A stretch of 32,000 nt of DNA from Candidatus Jordarchaeales archaeon (GCA_038889235.1 JAWAHN010000001.1:644499-676498), one strand, 5' to 3'. Positions 1-8,936 are shown, counted from the first letter of the stretch. Notes: a model not told the origin generated them from the letters alone. Translations and numbers: made by a program.

Positions 1-1
1 T

Positions 2-595
2 TTAAGTTTTCCCTTTACTAGGCAAGAATCTTTGCGAGATGTGTGGGTCACTCTTAGGAAGCGTTTCTAGCGCTATCTCTAAGTATGATCTAAGCTCGAA
101 GCCTTCTACGGGGATGCCCAGCTTTTCAGCTTTAAGTAGTAACTCGTTGCGTTTAGTTTCGACCTCGCTTTCACTTTCAACGATCGTTTCGATTTCCACG
201 AAAAAACCTATGCCGTCAACGTCGTCAAGATGTAGGAGGATTTCGTTCAGCGCGTAGGTTTTCCTGTTTTTGACTATCTTAGCCACTCGGAGGAAGCCCA
301 GTTTTTCGAAAAGAAGTATGGTTTTAGAGAAGTTATCAACCTCGACTTTTACTTCTTCCCTAGTCTTTGACTTCGGATCAATCCTCGGACCCTTGTACGT
401 GATTTCCGTCTTGTTTCCAACGCGTCTAACCCTCAGCGCTTCGTCTGTTAACGCAAAGTTCCTTGAAGGATGTTGGAAGTATATGTCCTCTTGGATTTCT
501 TCGCCAACAAATACGCCACCCATAGAAGTTACCCTTGAGAGGATTTGCTCTACAGAATCCTTTGGAACCCTGTATTTGATCTCAACTTCTATCAT
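2..595 (-). CDS. cyaB: CYTH-domain protein (class IV adenylate cyclase / triphosphate tunnel metalloenzyme)
   Basis: N-terminal EVEIKY (ExExK) motif, QEDIYF, ALRVR, ITYKGP, GFFVEIE. Start trimmed to the ATG at 595 (MIEVE); the ORF track starts at 619. Confidence 0.85.
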   Translation of the reverse strand: MIEVEIKYRVPKDSVEQILSRVTSMGGVFVGEEIQEDIYFQHPSRNFALTDEALRVRRVGNKTEITYKGPRIDPKSKTREEVKVEVDNFSKTILLFEKLGFLRVAKIVKNRKTYALNEILLHLDDVDGIGFFVEIETIVESESEVETKRNELLLKAEKLGIPVEGFELRSYLEIALETLPKSDPHISQRFLPSKGKT

Positions 596-619
596 TCTGC
601 TTCCATCTCCCTTACCCAC

Positions 620-871
620 TTAGGTCTCTGAAACGTTTATTCTTATGGCGCCTCTAGGGCAGGCCTCAACACACTTGTAACATGCTATGCAAAATCTTTG
701 AAATGATGGGACAATCCTGTAATGTGTTGGTTCTTTGTTAGGTTCCCTATCTGTCGCATACCTGACGAAAACTGTGCAAGGGCATACTTCTAGACACTTT
801 CCACAGTTTTGTGGCTCGGGACATTTGTCTTCAAACCATTCTATCGAAACCTTCACTGTCAGTTTCACCAT
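620..871 (-). CDS. 2x[4Fe-4S]-type ferredoxin (83 aa)
   Basis: CPEPQNCGKCLEVCP and CIACYKCVEACP motifs. ATG at 871 follows GAAGGAGGA and overlaps the upstream stop. Confidence 0.85.
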   Translation of the reverse strand: MVKLTVKVSIEWFEDKCPEPQNCGKCLEVCPCTVFVRYATDREPNKEPTHYRIVPSFQRFCIACYKCVEACPRGAIRINVSET

Positions 872-1704
872 TCCTCCTTCAGTCCTGGTATGCTTTCCCT
901 TGGAACAAGAGTAATAGCGTTTTCTGGGCATGCTGCTCGGCAAACGCCGCAGCCAAAACACTTCCAAAGATCAATGTACGCCTTACCAAGTGTCGGGCGG
1001 AGCTTGGCGGCGCTGAACTGGCAACGCATCACGCAATTTCCGCAACCTATACATTTATCTAAGTCTAGCATAGCTACATAGTGCCCTTTTAACAAGTGGC
1101 GAACGTTAAAGTCGATTCTTGGTCTAAGAGCGATGCATTCTGGGTATTCGCAGTTACAAAGGGCAAACGCAAACGGGAGAGGGGTGCCAGCGATCGTGTG
1201 AACTAACCCTTTCTCGTAGCACTCGTCCAAGAAGGCTTTTGCCTCTTCTACGCTAAGAATTTCAACACCTTTTGGAGCATGATCAGGGAAAGTTCTTGCT
1301 GTTTCCCCATGAAGACCTAAAGGCATGCACATGTAAACCTTCTCATTCCTGTTCATCCACCGGCATGGACACATAACTCGATAAACTTCTCCAGAAATCT
1401 CGACAACTTTCTTCGCTTCTTCAACCGTTATTACTTGTCCAAGGTGTCCTTCAGGAAAGGAGCGAGCGCCTTCATCTTTTTGTATCATTGCTTCGATCAT
1501 CCTTTTCGTTGGTTCTGCGAGGTTTGGATCATTAATCACGTCGGACAACATTTTAGCGGCATCACCGTAAACCTTGTCGATCAATTTCCAATGGTCTAGC
1601 TCCCAAAGTTCGTAACCCAGCTCTCTTGCTAGTTTTACAGAAAGATTCCTCTCGTTCAGGTACCACTTCTTGCCTCCACCATGTTTGTAGCAAAACTTAC
1701 ACAA
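865..1704 (-). CDS. Cys-rich 4Fe-4S binding protein with C-terminal ferredoxin domain
   Basis: C-terminal CIGCGNCVMRC and CFGCGVCRAACP; extra CKFC, CPC and CNC motifs; TTG start preceded by GTGAGGT. Confidence 0.8.
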   Translation of the reverse strand: MCKFCYKHGGGKKWYLNERNLSVKLARELGYELWELDHWKLIDKVYGDAAKMLSDVINDPNLAEPTKRMIEAMIQKDEGARSFPEGHLGQVITVEEAKKVVEISGEVYRVMCPCRWMNRNEKVYMCMPLGLHGETARTFPDHAPKGVEILSVEEAKAFLDECYEKGLVHTIAGTPLPFAFALCNCEYPECIALRPRIDFNVRHLLKGHYVAMLDLDKCIGCGNCVMRCQFSAAKLRPTLGKAYIDLWKCFGCGVCRAACPENAITLVPRESIPGLKEEW

Positions 1705-1867
1705 AATTCCACCTCACTTGCAGCGAGCGAACACTAGGAAATATGAAGTAGCAGTAATAAAAAGGCTTAGTTTAATCCTTGCGCCACGATATGTGAAGAG
1801 AATACTTATATACTTCTTGGAAATAATCTAAGATTCGCCTCTTTCAGTATAAAGGAGGGGAACTGAG

Positions 1868-2650
1868 ATTTCAGGGAAGAATCACGACGGAAAAATATTT
1901 CTCTTAGACCTTGACGGAACGCTTGGCTTGTCGTTGATACCCGAAGAGGACGCGATACTGGAAACGCTCGACTTCATAGCCAGTGAAGTCGCCAGACGTT
2001 TTAACAAAAAAATTGATAGGGGTACTTTGTACGACTTGTACGTGGAAACGAAAAAGGAGCAGTATCGCTTATATCCCCTCAACCCGAAGAGACATGACAA
2101 AAACCTAAGATGGGAGATGCTACTCAGGAAACTGGGAGAGAAATTGGGTTGCAAGATATCCGAGGAGCTTTTTGAGGACGTCAAGAAAGTTTACTGGAAT
2201 CTCTTCGAAAGCAAAGCCAGGCCTTATCCAGATACACATGAAACGCTAGAGAAACTCATGGAGAAATTCAATGTAGTCATAGTCACCAACAACGATTATG
2301 CAGAAGCTAAGAAGAAGATTAAGCTATTCGGATTAGAGGAAGGAAAACACTACGACGTTTTGGTTACATCGGAGGATTTTAATGTTTGCAAGCCTTCACG
2401 AGAGTTTCTCGAAAAACTTATCCCATTCCTCGAGGAGAAGCTAGGGCGGAGGGTAAAGCCCGAGCACATAGTCGTGGTTGGAGATGACCCTATAAATGAC
2501 ATAGCTTGGGCTAAAAGCGCTGGGCTTAAAGCGATAAGAGTTAAAAGGGACCTTTTGGCGCCACGTGAACCTAACAATGAGAAAGAGAAAGCAGATTACG
2601 ATATAGAAAAACTTTTTGAGCTGCTAGAAATTTCTGAAAAAATCCAATAA
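1868..2650 (+). CDS. HAD-superfamily hydrolase (DxD phosphatase type)
   Basis: Motif I FLLDLDGTL lies in frame at 1898-1924, upstream of the ORF-track start (1928). Also IVTN, KPS and VGDDPINDI motifs. Start placed at ATT 1868 after the SD GGAGGGG; the start position is uncertain. Confidence 0.8.
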   Translation: MSGKNHDGKIFLLDLDGTLGLSLIPEEDAILETLDFIASEVARRFNKKIDRGTLYDLYVETKKEQYRLYPLNPKRHDKNLRWEMLLRKLGEKLGCKISEELFEDVKKVYWNLFESKARPYPDTHETLEKLMEKFNVVIVTNNDYAEAKKKIKLFGLEEGKHYDVLVTSEDFNVCKPSREFLEKLIPFLEEKLGRRVKPEHIVVVGDDPINDIAWAKSAGLKAIRVKRDLLAPREPNNEKEKADYDIEKLFELLEISEKIQ

Positions 2651-2694
2651 AGGTTGCCTGGCACCGAGTTATCAGCATTAAGGGAGGTCCACAG

Positions 2695-3990
2695 ATGAGT
2701 GTCCTTGAACATGTTTTTTCTAAGATAGGGTTAGAGTTTGACGAGGAAATAGGAACATATGCCCACGTGAAGACGAAAATTCCTCTGACGGTTTATTACG
2801 ACGACGAGAAAGAGGAGCTGGTTTTGTTAGATCAAACTAAGCTTCCATTTGAAGTCACTGTGTGGAAGACTAGGGATTGGAGGGAGGCTGGAAATCCAGG
2901 AATAAAAGGGATGATAGTTAGGGGAAGCCAGGCGATAGGATGCGCCGCCGGGTACGCTATGCTGCTTGCAGCTAACAGCTTTAAGAGTTTTGGAAGGAAG
3001 GAGTTCATGGAGAAGCTTGGTGAAGCAGCATCTTTCCTACGTGCTACAAGGCCTACTGCTTCACCTTTAAAGTGGGCTGTGGACTTATGTGAGAGAGCGG
3101 CGCGGAACGCGCTCCGGGATAAAGGGGTCAACGAGGCTGTTGATGCAGTGAAGGAAACAGCAGACTACATACTCGCCTCCGACTTAATTATGAATTGGTA
3201 CTTGAGACAAGAGGGTAAGCCTTTCATAAAGGATGGCGACGTAATAATGACGCATTGTAATGGTGGAAGCCTTTCGTCAACTTTCGGAGGACACGCACTT
3301 GGGATCATTGAGGAGGCTTATGCTGAGGGGAGAGAAATCATGGTGGTTGCTAAGGAAACACGTCCAAGGAGTCAGGGGTACAAGCTCACAACGTGGGAGC
3401 TTAACAGAGCAGGGGTCCCGGTGGTAATAATAACGGATAATATGATATCGTCTGCTATAGAGAGGTTTGGGGTAACTAAAGTATTGCTTGGAGTAGACAG
3501 AGTGGCGAGGGATGGGTCGGTAGCTAATAAGATAGGTTCAGCAGACATAGCGCGTGTTGTGGCATTATACGAAAACATAGAGTTTTACTATGCAACATCC
3601 TACAGCACGATAGACTTAGAAACACTAGAGGGGAAGAACATTCCAATAGAGGAGAGGAGTATAGACGAGGTCACTTACCCATATGAACTTGAAGCTAAAG
3701 ACAAGAAAGAGAGGGGCATACTTTCAAGCAAAAGTCTAGACAGGTGGCCGCCCCGAGAACTCCTCGTTCAAGGAAAGCCTGGAAGAGGACAAATAGCAAT
3801 ATATAATCCCGCCTTTGACGTCACTCCTCCCAAACTCATAGACTTGATAATAACCGACATAGGTGTTTTTGCGCCTCAACAGATAAGGACGCTAACCGAG
3901 GAAAAAATAACATTAATGGTGAAAGAGCGCCTTGAGAAGCAAGGGATAAGCATGCCTAAATATATAGCTGCCACCCGCAACGAGACGTGA
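2695..3990 (+). CDS. mtnA: Methylthioribose-1-phosphate isomerase-like protein (eIF-2B/MtnA family), divergent
   Basis: LLDQTKLP, IVRG..AIG, ATRPTA, MTHCNGGSL, ETRP..QG.KLT.WEL, ANKIG, YNPAFDVTP; SD GGAGG. Confidence 0.75.
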   Translation: MSVLEHVFSKIGLEFDEEIGTYAHVKTKIPLTVYYDDEKEELVLLDQTKLPFEVTVWKTRDWREAGNPGIKGMIVRGSQAIGCAAGYAMLLAANSFKSFGRKEFMEKLGEAASFLRATRPTASPLKWAVDLCERAARNALRDKGVNEAVDAVKETADYILASDLIMNWYLRQEGKPFIKDGDVIMTHCNGGSLSSTFGGHALGIIEEAYAEGREIMVVAKETRPRSQGYKLTTWELNRAGVPVVIITDNMISSAIERFGVTKVLLGVDRVARDGSVANKIGSADIARVVALYENIEFYYATSYSTIDLETLEGKNIPIEERSIDEVTYPYELEAKDKKERGILSSKSLDRWPPRELLVQGKPGRGQIAIYNPAFDVTPPKLIDLIITDIGVFAPQQIRTLTEEKITLMVKERLEKQGISMPKYIAATRNET

Positions 3991-4035
3991 AAAACATTTA
4001 TTATCCTTTGAAGAATCATAGAAATCCTGGAGCTG

Positions 4036-4182
4036 GCGGGGGTTGCCTAGTGGCTAGCTTAAAAGCCCGCAAAAGGCGCTGGCCTGGAGCCCGATGACTG
4101 AAAGCCAGTGACCCGAAAACTCGCGTGGCTAACACGCGTAGCCGGAGGGGTCGCGTGGGTTCGAATCCCACCCCCCGCGCCA
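4036..4182 (+). tRNA. tRNA-Ser(GGA) with three introns
   Basis: Acceptor GCGGGGG/CCCCCGC, G73, encoded CCA; anticodon stem CTGGC/GCCAG. Introns at 4056-4072 (D-loop), 4090-4102 (37/38) and 4119-4147 (variable arm). Spliced length 88 nt with variable arm GACCC-GAAA-GGGTC. Confidence 0.88.
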
Positions 4183-4264
4183 AACTCATTTTCACTGAGG
4201 CTGTGTCTCAGGGGACTTAAAGAGAAAAATATAATGTTATTCTAGTTTGAACGGGCTCCGCCAC

Positions 4265-4693
4265 TTATATGTCAAGAACGAAAACCAGGCGGACTTTGCC
4301 TTCTTTGACGTCGATCTCCATTTCGTGGTATGTCGCCGCTTTGACGTGTGTTTTTGACACGTGTTTTTCGTGGTTAAATTTTTCTCCTTTGGCAGTTGCA
4401 ACAAGTTTGTAGCCCCCGTCCTCCTTTGTTATCTTTTTTACTTTGAAATCTGAAAAGACAAGACGTTCAGAATCTGTTAGGTATATGAATTCTTCAAGCC
4501 AGTTATACAATAGGTTTTCCAAGTCGCTGCCCTCAACTTCTATCTTCTTTTCTACAACAGGGGTTACCTTAGAAATGTCCGTCATTAACTCGTAAAGTCC
4601 TCTTGCTGCCTCCTCGAAAGCCTCTTCAAGCGTTTTTCCCTCAGCCTCTATTTTAACATCTGCCGTGTGCTCGAGGAACCTGAATTGTCCCAT
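4265..4693 (-). CDS. Archease (RtcB RNA-ligase cofactor)
   Basis: FRFLEHTADVKIEAEG..LEEAF..AA and VKAATYH motifs; ATG at 4693 after GGAGGG. Confidence 0.9.
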   Translation of the reverse strand: MGQFRFLEHTADVKIEAEGKTLEEAFEEAARGLYELMTDISKVTPVVEKKIEVEGSDLENLLYNWLEEFIYLTDSERLVFSDFKVKKITKEDGGYKLVATAKGEKFNHEKHVSKTHVKAATYHEMEIDVKEGKVRLVFVLDI

Positions 4694-4836
4694 GTTTTTC
4701 CCTCCACGCAAGAATTTTGACATAACTTAGCTCGTTATGAAGGAAAAACTTTCCCCCTACGATGAGAGGAGGGGGCTAGGCATCAAGAAAAAGATCCCGG
4801 TGGTGTCCTTGATAATACTAAGTTTCAAAATAGGCG

Positions 4837-5367
4837 ATGGCGAGAAGACAATCCGAAAAAGTGTCGGAGGATTCCTGGTTGAAGTATGTTAAAGTGGTCT
4901 TTTTGGGGTTGCCCTCGGTTGGCAAGACGAGCATTATAACGCTTTTGAGTGAAAACAGAGTTGTTAGAAGCTACGATCCAACGATAGGCGTCGATTTTGG
5001 TTCAGTGTCCATCGGCGAGTGTGAGGTCTCATTGTGGGATCTTGCAGGACAAGAGAGGTTTCAATTTCTCTGGGATGACTTCATAAAGGGCGCGAAGATC
5101 ATTTTCGCGGTTAGTGATTCAACGCCGAAGAATGTTTTGCAAACGAAAAAGATAATAGATGAGATTAGAGGGAAAACTGATGCTCTTATAATAGGTATAG
5201 CTAACAAGCAAGACCTTCCGGGAGCTATGAAGCCAAGTCAAGTTGAGAGTATACTTAAGGTTCCAACTTACGGTATGGTCGCAATAGACCCTAGGAAGAG
5301 AGTTAAAATGTACAGTATTTTGAGGCAAGCTTTAGAGCAGACTGTTCTAGCTGTGGCGAGCAATTAG
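4837..5367 (+). CDS. Ras-superfamily (Rab/Arf-like) small GTPase
   Basis: G1 GLPSVGKT, G2 PTIG, G3 WDLAGQERF, G4 NKQD; 176 aa. Confidence 0.9.
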   Translation: MARRQSEKVSEDSWLKYVKVVFLGLPSVGKTSIITLLSENRVVRSYDPTIGVDFGSVSIGECEVSLWDLAGQERFQFLWDDFIKGAKIIFAVSDSTPKNVLQTKKIIDEIRGKTDALIIGIANKQDLPGAMKPSQVESILKVPTYGMVAIDPRKRVKMYSILRQALEQTVLAVASN

Positions 5368-5434
5368 CTGTCATCACTTCTCTCCGCGAAACTTTTTATG
5401 CTAACTTTGGCTGACATGGTTTTGGGGTCTGTAA

Positions 5435-5788
5435 GTGAGCCCGTTTGAGTATGGATCACTGGGTAAGCCTCCGGTGAAGCCGCATGCCGTTCCTAAGGAC
5501 ATTAAGGACATTTCACCATCTGATGGACTTGTTAGGGTTATTGGTGTCGTCGTGGAGTCCACTCCCGGATACATCCTCATCGATGATGGAACTGGGGTGA
5601 TCAGAGTGGCCTTAACGGGAGATACACCCACCCCTGAAATAGGGAAGGTTGTCAGAATTTTTGGTTCTGTGGCGAAGAACAGCAGAGGGGATACATACAT
5701 TAATGCTGAAATTGTGCAGGATATGAGCGTCCTAGACCTGGGGCTTTATAGGAGAGTAAAGAACATTAAAAAACGTGGTTTAACATGA
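5435..5788 (+). CDS. Small OB-fold protein, RPA small-subunit (RPA3/RPA14)-like
   Basis: VRVIGVV..LIDDGTG..VRIFG..INAEIVQD single OB fold with a C-terminal helix (LDLGLYRRV); directly upstream of PCNA. Confidence 0.65.
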   Translation: MSPFEYGSLGKPPVKPHAVPKDIKDISPSDGLVRVIGVVVESTPGYILIDDGTGVIRVALTGDTPTPEIGKVVRIFGSVAKNSRGDTYINAEIVQDMSVLDLGLYRRVKNIKKRGLT

Positions 5789-5818
5789 AAATTAAAGGGG
5801 AAGTAAGGAGGGGAAAAA

Positions 5819-6574
5819 ATGCCGTTTAGAGCGAAGTTCTCAGACGCGCGAACTTGGAAGAAGGTTATTGACGCTATAGAGGTGCTCGTAGACGAGGCTG
5901 TCTTTAGGGCAAACAAGGAGGCTTTGAAAGTTAGAGCCATGGATCCAAGCCACGTTGCTATGGTGGATGTTTACCTGCCTGCAGCGATATTCGACGAATA
6001 CGAGTGCAGTGGCGATGTGGCAATAGGCGTTAGTCTCGACGAGATGAGGAAAGTAATGCGTAGGGCTAGCTCAAATGACGAGCTAGAACTAGTCCTAGAC
6101 GAGTCAGCAGGTAATTTGCGTGTGCACCTTAAGGGAGCTACCAGTAGAACTTTTAGACTTTCCCTTCTAGATATAGGAAGAGAGGAGCCGCCCACACCGT
6201 CAATTAAGTTCAACGTCGAAGCAAAACTGCTATCTGACGCATTGGTCCAGGCATTAAAGGATGCCGAGCTTTTCAGTGAACACGTCCAGATCTCTGCGAC
6301 GCCGGAAGGTGTGCGAATTACTGCCTCCGGGGATACTAGCGGAGTAGAAGTCAAAATAGACAAAGGAAGCGAGGCGCTTTTAGAGCTGAATGTCACCGAG
6401 AGCGCTAGGGCAATATACGCCCTCAGCTACCTCTCAGACATGGTTAAAGCTGCTTCAGCAAGTGAGACAGTAACTGTCAGTTTCTCCACAGACATGCCTT
6501 TAAAGCTCGAGTTCAGAGTTCTCGGGGAAGGCAGAATAACCTACTGGCTTGCTCCAAGAATAGAGGCAGAATGA
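5819..6574 (+). CDS. pcn: DNA polymerase sliding clamp PCNA
   Basis: AMDPSHVAMVD, FDEYEC, YALSYL, DMPLKLEF, C-terminal YWLAPRIE. Confidence 0.97.
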   Translation: MPFRAKFSDARTWKKVIDAIEVLVDEAVFRANKEALKVRAMDPSHVAMVDVYLPAAIFDEYECSGDVAIGVSLDEMRKVMRRASSNDELELVLDESAGNLRVHLKGATSRTFRLSLLDIGREEPPTPSIKFNVEAKLLSDALVQALKDAELFSEHVQISATPEGVRITASGDTSGVEVKIDKGSEALLELNVTESARAIYALSYLSDMVKAASASETVTVSFSTDMPLKLEFRVLGEGRITYWLAPRIEAE

Positions 6575-6628
6575 TGGCGGGATTTTCGAGGAAAACTTCG
6601 AAGACACTTTCTCACCCTGACAAACTAA

Positions 6629-7735
6629 ATGAGAGAGGAGCGGTCAGAAATCATTTCTCGCTACTTTATCGCCAAGTACCCATTCACCGTTGAAGCACAG
6701 GCTTGGCTTAGGGAGAGGAAGATTGACTTAGACTTCCTGGTTAAGGAGATGCCTGCCGTATTAGTCAGGGCAAGAGACAGAGTGATAAAAGCTCTTGAAG
6801 AAGGAGTTGCACCGTCGATTTTAGATGACCCTGAAGCTGAATTCCTCTCGTTCCCTATAGCAAGAATGATTGTCGAAATAGTTGGAGACCCATTTTTACG
6901 CCACAGGTTCGCAGTAGCTGAGGCGAAAAGAGCTCAAGGCTTTTTCAAGGAAGAAGATGTGGAAACGTTAACTGTCATAGCTACACGGACCTTCGGGATC
7001 GACTGTCAGCCTGTCAAGAAAGATATCAGTGGAAGAGTGTATTCGTTCAAAATTCACTTCGCGGATTACTTAAGGTATGCCTCCGGCTTTCATGACCCTT
7101 ACTGGAAGCTCGTTAACAGGGTTCTTTCTAAAGGATATGTCTTTCTCGCTAAAGATGATTTTACGAGAATACTAGCTGGTGCAGTTGAAAAAAGGCTGCT
7201 TGAGCCACGTGAGCCGCCTTTGAAGGTGCCCTCGGAGATCAAACAAATTGTCGACGAGGTTGTGTCCAAAGTTATGGCCAGACGGGAGAGATATGTACTG
7301 GAAGAAGTCGAGGGAGGAGAAGTAGTGGAGGAGGCGTTCCCTCCCTGTATATCAGCACTAATTCTAGCTCTAAGGAAGAACCAGCCTCTGCCTCATAGCG
7401 CTAGGTTTACTCTGACCTCGTTCCTACTTAGCGTCGGGTACTCTGTTGACAGAATTATTTCTCTGTTCAGTGAGATACCAGACTTCAAGGAGGAAATAAC
7501 GAGGTATCAAGTTGAGCACATTGCAGGAATAAGAAGCGGCACGAGGTACACGCCCCCGAAATGCGAAACTATGAAAACCTACGGGTTATGCTTGTTTCAT
7601 GAAAAATGCAGAAACATAAGGCACCCCTTGGAATACTATAGGAAATACAAGCGCCACCGTTCTAAGGAGGCTGTGAAACTTGATTCCGGAGGACAAGCGG
7701 GTGAGGAACGAAATATTCCTCAAGGGTCTCTTTAG
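6629..7735 (+). CDS. priL: DNA primase large subunit
   Basis: AKYPF N-terminus; FPPCI, PHSARF, YQVEHIAG, YTPPKC...LC...C [4Fe-4S] domain. Confidence 0.93.
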   Translation: MREERSEIISRYFIAKYPFTVEAQAWLRERKIDLDFLVKEMPAVLVRARDRVIKALEEGVAPSILDDPEAEFLSFPIARMIVEIVGDPFLRHRFAVAEAKRAQGFFKEEDVETLTVIATRTFGIDCQPVKKDISGRVYSFKIHFADYLRYASGFHDPYWKLVNRVLSKGYVFLAKDDFTRILAGAVEKRLLEPREPPLKVPSEIKQIVDEVVSKVMARRERYVLEEVEGGEVVEEAFPPCISALILALRKNQPLPHSARFTLTSFLLSVGYSVDRIISLFSEIPDFKEEITRYQVEHIAGIRSGTRYTPPKCETMKTYGLCLFHEKCRNIRHPLEYYRKYKRHRSKEAVKLDSGGQAGEERNIPQGSL

Positions 7736-8927
7736 GAAGTATTACCAGGAGAACAAGGTCAGTCCACCTCTTTCCATCGAGAAAAGGGAGTTTGGGTTCA
7801 TGTTTTTTGGTTCACAAAACATGGTGCGGCACTTGTCCTTTACCAACGCTGAAAGTCTTCAGCAGTTCATGTTTTCCAGGGTACCGTCTAACGCATTCTA
7901 CTCTGCAGCTTACTACTCGAAGCCCGACGCAGCGAAAATGGATGAGAAAGGATGGGAGGGGTGTGACCTCATATTTGACATTGACGCAGACCACCTTAGA
8001 ACGCCTTGCAAGGAAACACATGACAAATGGGTTTGCCAGAACTGTGGAGAAAGTGGATTAGGAGGAAGACCTGAAAAGTGTCCGCGGTGCGGGGGACAAA
8101 ACATAGAAGAGAGGACGTGGCTGTGCGAAACATGCTTAGAGACAGCAAAGAACGAACTGATAAAACTCATAGAAGATTTTTTGATGGCTGACTTTGGAAT
8201 TAGTGCGGACGAATTAAGAGTGGTTTTCTCGGGTCACAGAGGTTATCACGTTCACATAACTTCACGGGTATTACTGGACTTGGACCAAAACGCGAGGCGC
8301 GAAATAATAGACTATATAAAAGGTGTAGGAATAGAACCATACTACCATGGGCTTATGGAGGTACGAGAAGGAAGAAGTAAAATCCTGAAGGGGCCACGTG
8401 TTAGCGAGGAAGGGTGGAGAGGAAGATTAGCTAGAGGAGTAATTAAAACAATATTATCAATGAGCGAGGAAAGCATTCCACAGGATAGAAAAGTAAGGGC
8501 GGCTTTGCAAAAACTGCTCAAGGATAGAAGCCGGGTAGTCGCATCTTTGGGGGAAGGCATATGGGACCCTGTGAGGGGGGTCAGCTTAGACGCTTGGAAG
8601 TACGTAGTGAAGACTGCCATTGAGGAAGTTGGAGGGAAAGTTGACGAACCTGTAACTTCCGACGTTAGGAGATTAATAAGGCTCCCAACTTCTTTGCATG
8701 GAAAAACAGGATTTAAAGTATCTTTAGTCAAACTGGGAGAAATCTCCAATTTCGATCCATTTAGGCATGCTTTAGCTTTTAAAGGAGAAGTTACCGTTCA
8801 CGTGAATGAAGCTCCGAGATTCAGAATAGGGGAAGAAGAATTTGGACCATTTAAGGATGAAGACGTGGAACTCCCCCTCTCGGCGGCAGTTCTCTTACTG
8901 TGTAAAAGTGTTGCCTACTTGAAGTAG
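7680..8927 (+). CDS. priS: DNA primase small (catalytic) subunit
   Basis: KREFGF, RHLSF, DLIFDIDAD, FSGHRGYHVH, DEPVTSDVRRLIRLPTSLHGKTG; carries a Cys-rich Zn-ribbon insertion. Confidence 0.95.
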   Translation: MIPEDKRVRNEIFLKGLFRKYYQENKVSPPLSIEKREFGFMFFGSQNMVRHLSFTNAESLQQFMFSRVPSNAFYSAAYYSKPDAAKMDEKGWEGCDLIFDIDADHLRTPCKETHDKWVCQNCGESGLGGRPEKCPRCGGQNIEERTWLCETCLETAKNELIKLIEDFLMADFGISADELRVVFSGHRGYHVHITSRVLLDLDQNARREIIDYIKGVGIEPYYHGLMEVREGRSKILKGPRVSEEGWRGRLARGVIKTILSMSEESIPQDRKVRAALQKLLKDRSRVVASLGEGIWDPVRGVSLDAWKYVVKTAIEEVGGKVDEPVTSDVRRLIRLPTSLHGKTGFKVSLVKLGEISNFDPFRHALAFKGEVTVHVNEAPRFRIGEEEFGPFKDEDVELPLSAAVLLLCKSVAYLK

Positions 8928-8936
8928 GAGGGAGCT

